DNA of 64,000 nucleotides from Veleropilina oligotropha (GCA_048128005.1 JBEUKZ010000009.1:124001-188000), one strand, 5' to 3'; positions 1 to 12,279 are shown, counted from the stretch's first letter. Notes: generated by a model from the sequence alone, not told the origin. Numbers and translations: made by a program.

Positions 1-3000
1 CACCTCGGTATCCACAGCCTTTGGATTTAACTCTGGATCAATGTCATTTGGATCACCATCTTTACCTCCGGATTCACCAGTTCTCATGCCTTGTGGTCTC
101 GTAACTCTGTTGGGGCAATGGCATTAATATATTCTTTGTTTAATTATCAATCACAGTTGTCCGCAACTGACCGGAGACTGCTGGTTTCCCCTGCGATAAT
201 ATAGACACGTCTTGGCTTGAACCTGGAGGTTGTAAATATACAGGACATTAAGCATCCATCCAGCCCACCTCAGCTACCACCTTCTATTGATTTAACACCA
301 CTCCATGCAAAAGACACCACCACAGTAATGGGTACATTTTATTGAGCACATTAAGCATTAATATTCTGTACAATATTTCAGGGTAAATGTACAAGCAAAA
401 TAAAGCTGCCTTAAAGAAGTTAAGTTTAAGATTTTGCCAAGTATGCTTAATTGAATCACCAAACCAAATAACTATTGTACCTCAGAACAAATGCCCTATT
501 AATCAACATTCAATTGACGTACACGTATATGGTTACTCGAGTCATTAAGGGGATTGTGAACAAAATCTAGTTGCTCTCTCAAAGTACCGTCATCTTGTGG
601 TTACTGAATGTAATATGGTGTAAGAAACATTATTTTCATTTACCGAAATCCGCAAATACCCATCTCAAACTCGACGTCCTCGTATTAAATTGCGCGTCAT
701 CTGCTGGACGTCATTTCGCTTTTACCGAAGATAATCGTGTATTTCCAATATTCCTTTGAAATTCAATCATATACAATGAATGTATATGACTTAACTTTTC
801 CTCAGCTTTTCGAATATTCATGTTATTTTGCGCTTAGAATAACCCGAAAGGTGCATTTTACATGACGTTATTCACTGCTTAGTGATTGTTCAGCATTGAA
901 AAGCATAATTATAAAGTAAGATTTTTTAAAAATAAAATGAAAATAAAAATGTTACCCTGTGGCGTCTCGTTTGATACTACGTTTATCCTGTTCGCTATGA
1001 CAATATTAAACTCGACTCTGTCTCGTGTGACATTTTCAACGCTCGATGGATAAATGTACGTATCAAACTCGCTGCCCCAGGATAACGTTAAATATGACTT
1101 ATTTCTCACAAATCATACGAAACCTGTCTGTGACAATCAGATTAATATCTGCTACACAGATAATTAGTATGTGCATTATATAGCACGATATATCATATAC
1201 AAGAGGTACACTTCTTAAATTGAACAAAATAAAAATAATCAATTCACAAAAAGATGCAGTAAATAGTATGTTACAAGAGATGACACTAATAAAGGAGTCT
1301 CTCTCAACAAACAACAATTGAATGGAACTCAAATAACTGTAAAACAATCCCCAAAAGCACATGCAAGGTGGATAAGACTCTAACAAAAATACAGGCAACA
1401 TTAAGGATATAAAACATCACCATACAATGGATGCAAAACCTGTATTCTATTTTATATACATAACGTAATAATTATTGTATTTGTACCTTCACCTTGAAGC
1501 TTAAGTAAATAACAGTTTTGAGGACTAAAACAACAATAGTATATCAAGTACTAGTAATATAAAGAAATAATATAATACAGCATTGCCATTCATAGGTAGC
1601 CTGATACACATTTTAATGTCCATATGCTCAGAGATCAAATTTGCCAAAAATATTCAATTGCTTCGATATATATTAATTAACAATATTGAATATTTCGATC
1701 AATTTTCACAATGATGTTTCAATGTAATTTCAATAATACTAGATACAAATATTCTGACATTTACTTTCGACCTGTTCAATCTATAAACATACTTAAGTTT
1801 GGCAACTTCCAAAATAAATGTCATCACATGAGAGTTTATAAAACAGGTATAATATTGATCTGTTTACAATCTGAATCTTGTCTGACATTTGGGCTACCTG
1901 TTTAATCACTGAAATCCAGAAGCAACCCATATTAAAAAAAACAAGCAAGAAAGCACCAAAATCATTCACCTGTCCAGGTGGCACAATTATAATGTACAAA
2001 AATTTAAATCAATGTGTTAAATAATTTCAATATAACAAATCTGTTGACTACGATTGGTATATTTCCTTTGGATCTGTTAGTTTTATGACTATATTTTAAC
2101 ATATTTTTCAGAGGTATTGTAGTCAGGGACCAAAATTTGTTTATCCGATGACCGGATGATATGCACAATATCAAAATTTCTGGCACACTCTGGAAGACAC
2201 CGTGAGTCTCTGATTCTGTGGTCCAACATCATAACCACTCGCCATTCGCTCCATTGATGAAGTGTCCTCTGATTAAAAGTTAGCCGGATTACATGTACTA
2301 ATCAATCAACATTATATTACACAAAAGCAGTCAAATCTATTGACCAGCAAAAACGTTTCTATATTGGGTAGGAAATAGTTGCAACAAGTAATAATAGTTA
2401 TAAGACAGGGACCTTTGCATAATTTGCGAAAAGCTCAGAAACCCAGGAATGAAACAAAGCCTTTATGACAATAGCCCAACATCTTCAACTGACTGGAACA
2501 GTGATAAAGAAGAAAACTGAATATATCGAGAAATAATTAACATCTGTCATTTAACAAGGCATATATTCAATGTTAACAAGTATTTATACTCTGTCATATG
2601 ATGTTCCTCAGTTGGTAGATCATATTTTCACATCATGTGATTGATTGGGTTCTGGACAATTTGAATATCCCAGTTCATCGGATTCATTATGCTGACCTCC
2701 CCATGTCACGATTAATACCTCGTAATTGACGTTTAGCCGATCCGTGAATCAGAGTGGTTGAAAACATGCATTAATTTAACATTAATTACAAAATTATGCT
2801 TTGAAATCATAACTAGCAACGTAGGCATCATCCACCGTAGTGACGTAAGTTACATTATGTACAGAGAAAGGACAACCACAACTAGTGGCAAAATAATTTA
2901 CATGCAATGTAAATGTACACATCATAAACCATATACTGCGCAATGCGGAAAATGTCTTAAAACTGACATTTATCTTATGCAGACAAATAGCAATAACTGG

Positions 3001-3104
3001 CATATCGTCATCAACATACGAGACATTCCGGGGTTAAATTTGGCAACAACTAAACAGTGTGGTAGAATGTAGTTCGCATAAACTTCATTGAACGCAAGTC
3101 AAGA

Positions 3105-3123
3105 TTACAATTCAGCTTTTGAC
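3105..3123 (-). CDS. PCMT1: Putative alternative terminal coding exon of PCMT1 (G TCA AAA GCT GAA TTG TAA, giving ...WPRSKAEL*)
   Basis: Strong acceptor cttttcttttatttcag precedes it on the minus strand. It is in frame with the potential donor AG|GTGGAG at 8303/8302. It parallels the RWK/RDEL C-terminal isoforms of mammalian PCMT1. A long AT-rich stretch follows, with AATAAA near 338-343. Confidence 0.6.
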
Positions 3124-3293
3124 CTGAAATAAAAGAAAAGAAACTTTTAGAATTTTAATAGGAAAAGGCTTTATTAAGTTTCATCTTCCGAAGCTCCAAA
3201 AAAATACATGGTTAACACATTCCAGTTATTAAAAGATGATACTGCACACTCACATCAATTCAGAAACCAACCAACAACTCCAACCAGCTAATA

Positions 3294-4481
3294 TACTTAG
3301 CCAAAATGAAAACTTGACACGTTTTTTTAAAATAAAATCGGAAAAATTTAAAATATGTGAAAATCAATATCATAACATTGCTGACCATGACACAATCGTG
3401 AATCTTGGTCAGATTGTTCTTGAAATGCACGTGCATGATGAAATTTTCAAGAAATGTCAATTTCCGCTCTGAAATTGCTACTGTACATAATTTCTTCCGA
3501 AAGAGACGGTCATTGCGTTGTTTCGATAGTGTTTCTTCCGAAAAACAAAGAAATTTTTTTGAACTGAGAAATTAATCAATGTCAGGACAGGGAGCGCGCC
3601 ATCGGCAGGTTAGGGGCTGGACAGTCTGTGGCGCAAGTTGCGCGAATATATGGATGCACTCGACAGACGATCCACAATCTGAGAACACGTCTCCAAGGAA
3701 CTGGAACCACATCAGACCGCCCACGTCTAGGTGCCCGACGTGTTACGACTTCAAATGAAGACAAATAAATCCGGTTACGTCATCTTCGGAATCGTTTCGT
3801 GGTGGCAACTTCAACCAGTAATGACTCTTTCAACATCGTGTGACACCCCAGATCATCAGAAACCATCTTAGAGCTGCTGGCCTTCGAGCGCGGAGACCGT
3901 ATACAGGATTGATATTGACTCCACTCCATCGACGTCAGTGGGTTGCATGGGCTCGAGAACACCTCAGAGACAGTGGAACAGAGTCATCTTTAGTGACGAG
4001 TCTCGTTTCACACTCAGATTTGCTAATGGACGTGCTAGGGTGTGGCGTAGGAGAAGGGAGCGGTATGCCTCAGCTTGTGTCAGGGAGATTGACAAGTTTG
4101 CAGGTGGCAGTGTCATGGTTTGGGGAGCATTCACAGCTAAAGCCAGAACACCCTTGATTGTCATCCAAGGAAATCTGACGGCAGCACAGTACAGGATCAG
4201 GTCCTCAATCCAGTTTTGTTGCCCTTCTACAGACAACATGGTCCTGGCCTCACATTTCAACATGACAATGCTATGCCGCACACTGCAAGATTGACACGTA
4301 ACCTGCTTCAAGCTGCAAATATTGACGTCATGGAATGGCCATCACTTTCTCTAGATCTCAACCCCATTGAACACATCTGGGATGAGCTTGGCAGAAGGTT
4401 GAGAAGGCAGTGGGTACACTAGCAGATTTAGAACAAAAAATACATCAAATTTAAGTGTCAAGTTTTCAATTTTGCTGAGTG
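3294..4481 (+). mobile_element. Degenerate Tc1/mariner DNA transposon with frameshifted transposase
   Basis: Imperfect ~26-bp TIRs (tacttagccaaaatgaaaacttgacac / gtgtcaagttttcaattttgctgagtg) flanked by TA. Transposase motifs VIFSDESRF, VMVWGAF, FQHDNAMPH and SLDLNPIEHIWDEL are spread over ORFs 3840-4422 in different frames. Confidence 0.9.
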
Positions 4482-4924
4482 TATCTTGACCAGGACTGGT
4501 GACATGTTTGTTTTCTGAACAAGATCTACGGGTTTGTTTTATTACGACATGAAAAAGATGGCCCTCACTTGCATTTTGATGCTCGGAAAGTAATTAACAA
4601 CACCTGATATGGCCATTTGTATAGTTGTTAAAAAATCATGCCATAATTAATGAGGTAATATCTATATCATGAACATGTCACTGGTTTTTTTGATCCCACA
4701 ACTAAATTATGATATAATTCAAATACACTAAAAAGGCATTGCTGCGTTATTCTAATTAACGTAGAATATACTTTGTTTTCTATGTTTATATCTATTAAAA
4801 TAAACATATTATTACAGCTGTACTGCTAGTAAATAATTCATTACGGTACATAAAATTGCAAAATTTTGAATCATTAAATGTAAGTTGCATTATGTACAGA
4901 GCAACAAAATGACAATGGATTTCA

Positions 4925-5820
4925 AACTAGAACGCTCAGTCACGAGTGACCGCATATATATTCCCGGTAATCCAAGATGGAATGCACATACCAAATTTGA
5001 AAGCGTTCCGTTAAGAAAAGACCTGTCTAGAGTGATCAGAAGAAATTATGCTTTATAATCCAAGATGGAGGCCACAGCGGCATCTTGGAGGTCAGACCAC
5101 ACCCAAAATATATAGGTGTCGTGTCCTTACCCCAACCAATGCACATACCACATTTGAAAATCTGCCATTAAGAAATGACCTGTCTAGAGCAATCAAAAGC
5201 AATTATGGCGGCTATCTTGGAGGTCGGGCCACATCCAAAATATATATGTGTAGTGTCCTCGCCCCAACCAATGCGCATACCCAGTTTCAAAACATTCTGT
5301 TAAGAAATGGCCTGTATAGAGCAATCACAAGCAATTATGGCGGCCGTGGCAGCCATCTTGGAGGTCGAATCACACCCAAAATATATAGGTGTCGTGTCCT
5401 CACCCCAACAAATACACATACCACATTTGAAAACATTCCCTTAAGAAATGGCCTGTCAAGAGCGATCACAAGGAATTATGCTTTAAAATCCAAGATGGAG
5501 GCCACAGCGGCCATCCTGGAGGTCGGACCACACCCAAATTATATAGGTGTCGTGTCCTCGCCCCAACCAATGCACATACCAAATTTGAAAACATTCAGTT
5601 AAGAAATGGCCTGTCTAGCGCGATCACAAGGAATTATGCTTAAAATCCAAGATGGAGGCCACAGCAGCGATCTTGGAGGTCGGACCACACCCAAATTCTA
5701 TAGGTGTCGTGTCCTCGCCCTAACCAATGCACATGCCCAATTTGAAAACATTCCGTTAAGAAACGGCTTGTCTAGAGTGATCACGAGGAATCTCTCTGCG
5801 GACTTTTTGGGGGATACAAT
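4925..5820. repeat. Non-autonomous element with an internal tandem array of ~120-140-bp units (Helentron/HINE-like)
   Basis: About 5-6 diverged copies of ...caagatgg...catcttggaggtcggaccacacccaaaatatataggtgtcgtgtcctc...gttaagaaatggcctgtctagagc. It starts at aaactaga and ends ...ggggatacaat. The family assignment is inference. Confidence 0.55.
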
Positions 5821-6573
5821 TAACCCTTGGCAGGCGAGTCATTTTTTTATCCTGTTTAGAATTTTTTTGAAACACTATATGAATCAAAACCAAACAAACG
5901 AGACCTTTCATAAGAGTTTTCTCCCATCAGAGAGGCATGCATGCATGTTAAAACCAGTGCCGTATCCAGGCATAGGCACCCAGACATGTGCCTACACATA
6001 ATTATAGGGCAAATTAAACAAAATGTTGCAATTAACTTATTAATATGCCACATGCTATTTATTTTTATGGTGAAAATAATCTCAAAAACATCGCATTTGT
6101 ATCAGAATGCAGGAGAGGAGTTTCACACCGATAAGTGACAATATGTTACTGTTGATAGTATATTTTCACCCCACGTGCCTACATACGATTAAATGGTTGG
6201 ATATACCCTTGAAAACAACATACAAGTATTGACCAGTCACCTCATATTGTGACGTCTTTGGATACATAAAATACTAGCATTAGTGATATAGATTCAAATT
6301 AGCTTATATCATCTAGGTAGTTGGATCGTTTCTTATTATCGAATGTAAATCAACGGCACAGGCAAGTAATAGCTAAAATAACGGATCTTCTAACCTTGTG
6401 ATCCAAATGATATTAGCACAAGGTCCATTCTGTTATAACATGCAGCAATCTCTATACCTGTTTCAAAATAACCCGAAAAATCTTATTTGCATTGCTGTTT
6501 CTCAAAACTTTGAAGACATTAAAAGATTTCGAGCCACAAGTTTGGGGAGTCAATATTGTACCAAACACAAACA

Positions 6574-6977
6574 ATAGACGATTTCACTCCGAGTTCCCCC
6601 GAACACCCACGGAAATACACGGCTGTTCGCCGATATGCCGAACGTATCGACCAATCAGCGGCTGGCAGTCAAACAACATGGCGGCTCCCAGGTAGTTATG
6701 CCGTCAACTTTATGTGGCCTTAATATTGTCAATGCTGGTTTGAAGATACAATCAGAATCACCAGATCATTTTTAGGGGGTAAAAAGTTGCATACACACCG
6801 GAATTCCCGGGAAATTCTACTTACCCGCACGTGCCCCGATGTAAACAAGATGCAGACGATGTCGCGGCCGCCATCATTGTTTGACTACCAGGCCCAGCAG
6901 TCACATGACTTGGCGCCATGTGACTAAAATCCCGAGCGGTTTCCGAATATTGCCGAATGTCTGGTGAAATCGTCTAT
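6574..6977. mobile_element. MITE-like element
   Basis: Perfect 14-bp inverted termini atagacgatttcac / gtgaaatcgtctat, a more GC-rich non-coding interior, and no clear TSD. Confidence 0.55.
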
Positions 6978-8292
6978 ACTGCAGTAACACTGACATCCGA
7001 ATATACAGTTGATTTATGCAATGCCGTATCTTATACTCTATAGATCTCAGAAAGCGTTTAAATTTGCATTGCCCGTGAGTTACGAAAAATGCTTTAAATT
7101 TTCAACCCTAGAACCCAAATGTATTTTTATCAGTTAGTCAAATTTAGAAACATGGCTATTTTTCCTTAATATCTATAGGTAAGATCCCTGGATTGCCTAC
7201 GAATAAAAATTAAAAAATTAAAATGGGTCTCTTTTTAATGAGTGATGACTTGGGCCATGCCGAAGTTAACATTTGCATTGTCAACAGTTCAGCTGCAACA
7301 TTATTACTTATTTACTATTTTACAATACTGGTAATGTCACATCACATGCAATTTAGATAAATATTTTTTCATATTTGACGTCTGCATGTTTCGATACAAA
7401 TTGGAGCGACATGCTGTTGGACGAAGGGGTAGGGAGGGAATCCACGAAAATGGCCGCCGTTGAATGGTAATATTTCGCTAGCAAGTAGCGATTTTTTCTT
7501 ATAAAACAGCAAACAATGTATGTTCTTCCATTTTGAATCATCAAAACTTTTTATAACTGCCACATAAATGTATGGTAATTAATGCATTGTAGGGCAATTA
7601 CGGTTCTACGACTTTAAAAGACATTAATATTTCTGATTTCTCTTGTTTCTATGGCTTGTTCACAAGGCTTGAGCAGATCGAGAGTGGCCCCCATATATGC
7701 AGTACAGTGGGGTGCCACTCCTTTCTATATATAAAATTGTGGCATATTTACAATTATCAAAATGCAAAAGAATAGTGCATAAAAAGCTTTTTTGCCGTTG
7801 TGAAAGATTATAGATGTGAATTCCCTCGAATTGAATATATTTTTAAAGCATATTTTGCACACTCCAGAGTAAATCTCGTATTTCCAACCAGTACCCATAT
7901 GTGTGCAAAAGTGGCTCCAGCATTCAGTCATAGAGAGACTTGATTATATTATATCGGACTATTTATAACATAATCCAACTAGAGAAACAATGTTGTTGAC
8001 GCTTTTAACTTTAATTATTTTACCATCGCAAAAGACAGTCACTCTTCCACATTCTGCTTGAAATGTACTGCAAGTTGGAGATAACGTTTTAAGCCGTTTG
8101 CAACATTCACATCCTGTAAACTTACAGACGACCAACACAACAAATTTCCCAATTCAATTTCATTGGTTTCTTGCACATTGACAAACAGGAAATATGCCAA
8201 ATATGTGTAACTGATATACTACTGTTTTCTAGTCCACTCTAAAGTTAGTCTACAATAAATCTGTGCTACCCAGCATGCACTGTTAACATGCA

Positions 8293-8472
8293 TTATCTCC
8301 ACCTTGGCCACTGCTTGTCTTTGCTGGTCAAGGGAACATATATGACGCCCATCAGATTTTTCTTGACAACAGTTCCGTCCAGTAACTTGTCGATCTGCTG
8401 CAGCATCTGGTTGTCTCCTTGGGGCCCGACAGGCACGATTAATCGACCACCGGGCTTCAGCTGGTCAACTAA
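8293..8472 (-). CDS. PCMT1: PCMT1 coding exon 5 ([17 protein letters not shown]...[20 protein letters not shown])
   Basis: Acceptor ttgcag at 8473-8478. Contains the PIMT motif III (QLKPGGRL) and the post-III YVPLT motif. Phase 0, matching exon 4. Confidence 0.93.
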   Translation of the reverse strand, partial: LVDQLKPGGRLIVPVGPQGDNQMLQQIDKLLDGTVVKKNLMGVIYVPLTSKDKQWPRWR

Positions 8473-8544
8473 CTGCAAGCACAACGAACATCGTTAATGA
8501 AATGAATCCCTCAATTACCAGAGCGGAGTAGCAAATTATATAGA

Positions 8545-9560
8545 AACAAGTGATTGCCACAAGTGGCGATTGTCCCCCGCCCGTATTATTGACCACATAT
8601 ATATTTTTGCCCGCTGTGTATTCAGTATTAAACTCAATGAGAATTCATTAATTAAGCAAGACTTCCTGCCACAAGAGGCTACAGAGATAGATTTGCACCC
8701 AGATATCTAGACTAAGTGCAAATACTTCAAGTAAATTAAATAATTCTCAATATTCGAACTTTATCCATGTTATCACATTGTGGTTAGTTGGTCTGTGAAG
8801 TTTCAGAAAGCTAATATTTTTCTAAATGGAAAATTTAGTTGGGAGAAAATTGATAAATTTCATATATGCAGAGACTATGTTTTAAATCAGCAAAATTCAG
8901 CATTAAATCAAGCCTTGAAGGTTTAAAAAAAATCTCCAATATTTGAACTTGATTTACCCCATGATGGGGTTAGTTGATCTGTAAAGTTTCAGAAAGCTAG
9001 CACCTCTGTAAATGAAATAAGGGCATGTGAGAAAATTGACCACATCCATGCATGCAGAGACTATGTATAAAATTTCCAAAAATTCCATAAATTTAAAAAA
9101 AACATTCCCATATTCGAAAAGGAAAGGATCAATGCTTATTGTCCTGTATATTTTCAACTTATTTAGATTCAAACTAGGACATGTCAGTATTATCGCGAGA
9201 GGAATGCCCACCCTCTTGGACCAGTTATTTAACTGTGATTCACAATTTGAACAAATAATGTCATGCCCCAGCCGGGGTTTGAACCCAGTGGCAATACTTT
9301 TCGCGTTAGCGGAATCAAACCAGTGATTTTCTGAGTCCACACAGCTGTCAAAGCGGCCCCCATATTCGAACTTGATCTACTCCATGACAGCTTCGTAGAG
9401 CTAGCATTTCTATAATTTGAAAAACATAAAAAAATAATTTTTCAAAATAAATTCTCAATATTCGAACTTGATCTACCCAATGATGTGATTAATTGATCGG
9501 TAAAGTTTCAAAAAGCTAGAAATTTTCAATATGAAAACAAGAAATGTCTCGCCTACCCCG
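8545..9560. repeat. Left part of a Helentron/HINE-like repeat with diverged internal tandem units
   Basis: Starts aaacaagtgattgccacaagtggcgattgtcccccgcc and contains recurring tattcgaacttgat(c/t)tacccatgatg...aagtttcagaaagcta units. The same unit recurs at 26320-26640. Confidence 0.5.
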
Positions 9561-9880
9561 GCTTACCTTGAAAGGGGCTACAATTTCAGTTTGCAAAACA
9601 AGAATTCAGAAGAACTACCTATGCAGTGCTGATCCTAATCTAGTTATAGCAAGATTTAAAGTTTCAGAGAAACAGAAATAAAGACAAAATCTTATTAATA
9701 TATACTCGAGATTAAATATATTAGCAGCAGCTAAACCAAGCCAAAATCATAGTATCCCGGCCTATTGTCAGGGGACACAATGACTTGAACCTTGACCAGC
9801 TGAGGAGAGTGATATATTAGACACTGGATACAGTCTGTTCTTGTAATGACAATATACACTGCCATCTCAAGATACCCATG

Positions 9881-10316
9881 AGCAGCAGGGGGGGTGACCA
9901 TACCTTTTATGTGGGGGTGCGGCGAGGGAAATTAAGGCTCCCAGCACTTTTCAGAATTAATATGGATCTCAACTCAGCAGCAGGGGGTGATCATACCTTT
10001 TATAATGGGAAAATAAGGCTCCCAGCACCTGTTCCGAGGGGGGGTGACCATACCTTTTATCTGGGGGCGCGGCGAGGGAAATTAAGGCTCCCAGCACTTT
10101 TCAGAATTAATATGGATCTCAACTCAGCAGCAGGGGGGGTGATTGGACTCTAATAGAATGGGAAAATACAGCTCCCAGCACCTGTTTAGAACTCAGGGTG
10201 CTCGGACTAGTCAGCAGGGGAGTTTAGACTAGGCCCCGGGGCCCACTGTGGAGGCTCCCAGCTATATTTTGGGACTGAGGGTAGGGCTTGTATTACAAAA
10301 AGTCACCGTGTGTACA
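9881..10316 (+). repeat. Left terminal inverted repeat of the Polinton-like element
   Basis: Reverse complement of 25346-25782. The outer ~270 bp are near-identical and the inner ~165 bp are diverged. It is built from internal direct repeats. Confidence 0.92.
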
Positions 10317-11129
10317 AACTAGGGTAGCCTAGAATAGTAAATTAAATTAAACACTTACCTGTGGACATTTCGGCCGAAACTCATATCACTAATCCCCTCC
10401 AGCCTTCTACAGCCTTCTAGAAGCTTTCCACGTACACATTTCCATATATAACTTGTTGACGAGCTCTGTTCGTTCTAGAGCTTTCCACGTACACATACTT
10501 GTTGACGATTTCTGAACTTTCTAGAAACTCATTGCCACGTGACCATGACTCCACTAGATTACGGTCTACCATGTAAACACGGGGACCGATATATTATTTC
10601 TGTGCCAAACAAAATGTTGGGGACCAGACCAAGAAATCTGGGCCAATCTCTCTTGACTTGATCCAGTAACTTTGTATATCTGGGTCGACTCGGGACAGCG
10701 AGGTATTTCATTCATACGCGCAGAAGCAGCCAGACAGCATTTCTATAGTACTATAGAAATGGCGTGTCATGCTTTTAACGACTGTTGCCATTCATAAATC
10801 GGGCAAGATAGCTGACTGGGATATTAATATTATTATTTAATACATTGATGTCTCTCCTAGTGAAGCTCTAAGCGCAGTACAAACTATAACTAATATTACA
10901 GTACAATGTACACAAGAATATACAGGAGAGACATCAATGATACATACTTAAGCAATAATAATAATAAACAGAATATTTTTTCGAGTTTTTTTCAATTTTA
11001 TCTTTTTTTTACAAGCGCAATCAGACAAAGAGGTGAAGCAGCCCCTGCGTGAACTTCAACCAACTTTGAATGGTACAATATACGCAGGGGAAAGCCGGAA
11101 AAATATGTTTTAATGCAGGAGCAGCTGGT

Positions 11130-11561
11130 TTATATGAATATATAGTTACCCGATATTAAAGTACAATTACAGGGTGAGATTTGTCCGACTTTTCTCCACA
11201 CACCGAAGCAGCCAGACAGCATGGTATAATACTCCCCATTTTTTCCAGGACATAACGAGGGGGTCGAACACTGGACACATGTGACAGTATCTCTTGGTGT
11301 GGCAGGGCTACAGTCATTATCTCCGATAATAAAATAGTGGCATGACGGTGGAGAGACATCAGGGGTGGGGTCTCTACCCGGGCGTAGTAGCAAGTTTCTT
11401 CGCAAGTGATCGAATCGGGGGTTATACCTGGGATGATTTCGGTACCTAGTCCACGTATGTTCCAGAATTAATGCAGTGTTGTGTGTCGACGCCTGGGTAG
11501 ACACACCCCCTAGCCAGCACACCGCGGCAATACACAGTAGCATAGATTTCATGGATTTCAT
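11130..11561 (-). CDS. Putative secreted cysteine-rich accessory protein (143 aa)
   Basis: Signal-peptide-like N-terminus (MKSMKSMLLCIAAVCWLGGVSTQA) and a C-terminal half with 8 Cys. Confidence 0.55.
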   Translation of the reverse strand: MKSMKSMLLCIAAVCWLGGVSTQASTHNTALILEHTWTRYRNHPRYNPRFDHLRRNLLLRPGRDPTPDVSPPSCHYFIIGDNDCSPATPRDTVTCVQCSTPSLCPGKNGEYYTMLSGCFGVWRKVGQISPCNCTLISGNYIFI

Positions 11562-11643
11562 GGTTGTCCAGATATCACTGTCGATTTCTAGCTTTAATAC
11601 GGGGGAGGAGCGGGGTAGTCGTGGCTACGCTCAACCTGGATAG

Positions 11644-12279
11644 TTAGTCGCCAGCTCCGATTTTTTTCAGCAGCTCTGCACGACCCTCTAAACGACCACG
11701 CTCAATAAGCTCGCTCTGGGTCTGTGAAATCGCGGTGTGCGCCTTCCTACTCTTATCCCGGATTGATGCCTTCATGGCTTGGTATTTTTCCATCTCCCCT
11801 GTGACCAGTTGGAATTCATCATCAGACATCACCCCGTCCGATAATGCCTTTGAGACGTGGTCGGTTATGGTATTCAGCTTGCTGTCGGCCAGGACTCGAA
11901 TCTCGTCGTGTTTCTTAGCCTTCACCCCGAGGCGCCGGCTGATATACTTTCCACCCATACTAGCGAGCCCACACCCTAATGCCGCTAGTTCCAGCACTAG
12001 GACGACCGGGGCGGCTACAATTGTGGACAGTAGACCAATTCCAGCGCTACCCATACCAAGTGTGGCGACGACTAGTCCGTTATCTATACCGTCAACGACG
12101 TTAACACCTCGTCGGTACTTTTTATATAGTGCAGCCCGAGCATCCCGTTCTCGTTCTAGCTGCCCCTGAAGCTCATTCACTTTCTGTAGTCGGAAAGACT
12201 GTGCCTCATGCAGTTCCGAAGGCACATCGCCACCAAGTTGTGGGTACAGCGTTGGCGCTGAGGGTTTGTTGTCCATCAT
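11644..12279 (-). CDS. Membrane protein (~211 aa): coiled coil plus hydrophobic hairpin, with N-terminal PSAP/LYPQL motifs
   Basis: The probable ATG at 12279 overlaps the upstream stop (ATGA). Two hydrophobic Gly-rich helices (LVVATLGMGSAGIGLLSTIVAAPVVLVLELAALGCGLASMGG) are flanked by helical charged regions. Confidence 0.8.
   Translation of the reverse strand: MMDNKPSAPTLYPQLGGDVPSELHEAQSFRLQKVNELQGQLERERDARAALYKKYRRGVNVVDGIDNGLVVATLGMGSAGIGLLSTIVAAPVVLVLELAALGCGLASMGGKYISRRLGVKAKKHDEIRVLADSKLNTITDHVSKALSDGVMSDDEFQLVTGEMEKYQAMKASIRDKSRKAHTAISQTQSELIERGRLEGRAELLKKIGAGD

Noticed and set aside
5048..6001. 184-aa and 131-aa ORFs with internal repeats
   Set aside because: They are read-through of a non-coding tandem array.
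9875..9880. 6-bp TSD as in canonical Polintons
   Set aside because: The left flank cccatg and right flank ccatgg match only over the 5 bp CCATG adjacent to the AG...CT termini.
9878..10153. Identical ORFs at both ends of the element (also 25453-25824)
   Set aside because: They are by-products of the TIR and its internal repeats, and they start outside the element boundary.
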